A program made the translations under genes and the position numbers. Below the pieces are notes generated by a model that was not told where the DNA came from, searched no databases, and saw nothing but the letters and a program-made list of their open reading frames with translations. Shown one piece after another: positions 62,277 to 64,000 of a stretch of DNA of 64,000 nucleotides. Origin of the DNA: Phoronis australis (lineage: Eukaryota > Animalia > Phoronida); NCBI GenBank assembly GCA_002633005.1, contig NMRA01000358.1, forward strand, positions 373,213-437,212. Reading direction: 5' to 3'. Every line of letters begins with the position of its first letter. The stretch's first letter is position 1.

Positions 62277-62937
62277 TAATTTCATTCATAAAAAACTGGG
62301 ATTTTTTGCATTTTATCAAATCACTCAAAAGGTGTCTCTGATTATGTGTAGAAACCGCCTGGTAACATTTCTATAGAGTATAGAGGGCATCCCATTGGAT
62401 TTGTGATTGCCCATATAGCATATGGAGAAGTTTTAAGAAATGTTTGCTGTAATATTTGAGTGGCAACACTGCTTTTCAAGTTGATTTGCCCCATTGGCAT
62501 TGTATATTTTGATTAATGGTATGTGGGTGCCGATAGGGTTCAGATTGGGAGAACAGGTCTCCCAACTACTTACAAAGCAGTTCTCTCCATCAATGAATCA
62601 GGGCAACTACCTTGTGTCTTAGGGTCAGCTAAATATCACACAACGAATGTCCATTACTATATCCCCGGGGCATTATCTACGACCCACTGCCTTGGGTGTA
62701 GCACTATACATTTGTATGAGAAGTAAGTAGGTTGTGATGTTCCAAAGTTTGTTTTTTGGAAGCAGATTTGATTTTTGTTCTGTTGTGAACAGGTCGTTAC
62801 TCAAGTGGGGTTTACTCTGAACAATCAATTTTCTTGGAAACTGAAGTTGTATGCAGCCCCCTCAATTAAATTTAGCAGAGGCACTCTTGGTAAATTTTTC
62901 AATTCGAAATTTTGATGTTTCCTGACATATCTTGCAG

Positions 62938-63345
62938 GTGCACCTGTAGCAATTGTCAGACAACCCCAGTTGTTGAAGAAAGAGTATAATGTCAAGAGGT
63001 GGACAAGGTTGTTGCAAAACTTGACGAAGAAATGAAGTGTGACAACTTACACAGAAGAAAAATTGTATTGTGGAGCATGGGGGTTTTAAACCTGTATGCA
63101 TCAATCGCAATGTTTTGGAGACTGCATGGCTGCAATACAAAAGTCAATATCCTGATGGCTATGACAGACCCTTGGATAAAAGGATGCCACACGTGGCCTA
63201 CAGACAGTTCCAAAAATGGGTAAACGGCCACTTGGGACGAACTGTCCACGTTGTCATTCCAGCATGTGCAGTAGCCTTCATCAGAGCTTTCTACACTCTG
63301 GCAGGAAATGAGGAGGACTTTGGGGTTCCATGGATTTTCTTATAG
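62938..63345 (+). pseudogene. exon 2 of a P2X7-C-terminal (ballast)-like / Kolobok KolX pseudogene
   Basis: cttgcag acceptor. Reads (W)CTCSNCQTTPVVEERV*CQE..., then after a frameshift CIVEHGGFKPVCINRNVLETA...VAYRQFQKWVNGHLG...VIPACAVAFIR. Confidence 0.88.
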
Positions 63346-64000
63346 TTTCATCCATTTATAGATATCAACAGTTGTCTTAGCCCTGCACATGACCTGTGTA
63401 TTCTATTATTAAAAGTTATGACTCAGGGACTACCCTTATGTAATTCAGAGGCGTTGAAAAATTTGTAGTGACAAATTCCATAAGAAGAACATACATCGTT
63501 ACGGTAACAAGCGAATGCAATCGCAGCGCAACCTCAGCTGCATGAAATTGAAGTTGGCATTCCATGAATAGACTTCTGTGGTTTAGAAATGGTAAATAAT
63601 TGACAGCATTTATTGATGCTCATCAATCTGGTTACTTATAGTAACATGTTCATGACAATTGTAATTTATTTATTAAAACAAGGGCGTGAATTATTTTTAA
63701 GACGCGCATTTATACGAGTTCTAAGCGGCAGCATCTGTTTAGATGTCGTTGCGCAGTTGCGAAGAAATTTGAACTCATAAAGTGTGTGTTTATTCCATGT
63801 ATAATAGCAGCAATTATAAATTATTCAAAATACGGAACAAATTCAACATCAAGCAACGAATTAACTAGTGTATAGCCGTCTGCTATTTGTACTGCCTCAG
63901 TACCTGACCGGCAATGCGGTTGAGCAGATGATCGGAACAAGAAATTGTGCTAAATAAGAGAATTATTTGGAAATTTTCATTGATTTAATAAAAGAATATT

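Larger units (their letters stand above)
59205..63345 (+). mobile_element. Kolobok-like element carrying a KolX-like gene; right end not located
   Basis: Candidate left end TTAA|AGAGAAAC at 59201-59205, followed by a two-exon P2X7-ballast-like pseudogene. Confidence 0.55.

Noticed and set aside
58952-64000. M3/M4 exons of the nAChR
   Set aside because: No hydrophobic M3-like exon with a phase-1 acceptor was found; these exons are presumed to lie downstream of the window.
1-64000. Remaining 60-130 aa ORFs as independent genes
   Set aside because: They are short, often have non-ATG starts, carry no recognisable domains, and many overlap repeats; consistent with chance ORFs in intronic DNA.

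Overview
Eukaryotic, AT-rich, repeat-dense genomic DNA, probably from an invertebrate animal, with two N-gaps. The window is dominated by one plus-strand, intron-rich gene for a divergent nicotinic acetylcholine receptor (Cys-loop pLGIC) alpha-type subunit. Six phase-compatible GT-AG exons were read directly: 19551-19681, 35540-35584, 40327-40436, 56451-56647, 57906-58162 and 58867-58951. They cover the ligand-binding domain, M1, M2 and the M2-M3 loop. The signal-peptide exon is uncertain, and no M3-M4 exons were found, so they probably lie beyond the window. The introns hold Academ-like, Kolobok-like (THAP and P2X7-ballast-like KolX relics), Tc2-like, Harbinger-like and 5-bp-TSD MITE DNA transposons, plus LINE and Penelope relics and minisatellites. 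Four observations stand out: (1) two ~3.3-kb copies of one transposon bracket the 110-nt exon in inverted orientation; (2) an intron is built largely from tandem 45-bp copies of the preceding exon's 3' end plus its splice donor; (3) the M2 pore helix is atypical (9' Leu to Met) and its intron appears shifted by 2 nt; (4) a split P2X7-ballast-like pseudogene is nested in an intron. Family assignments come from recalled motifs, not database searches.
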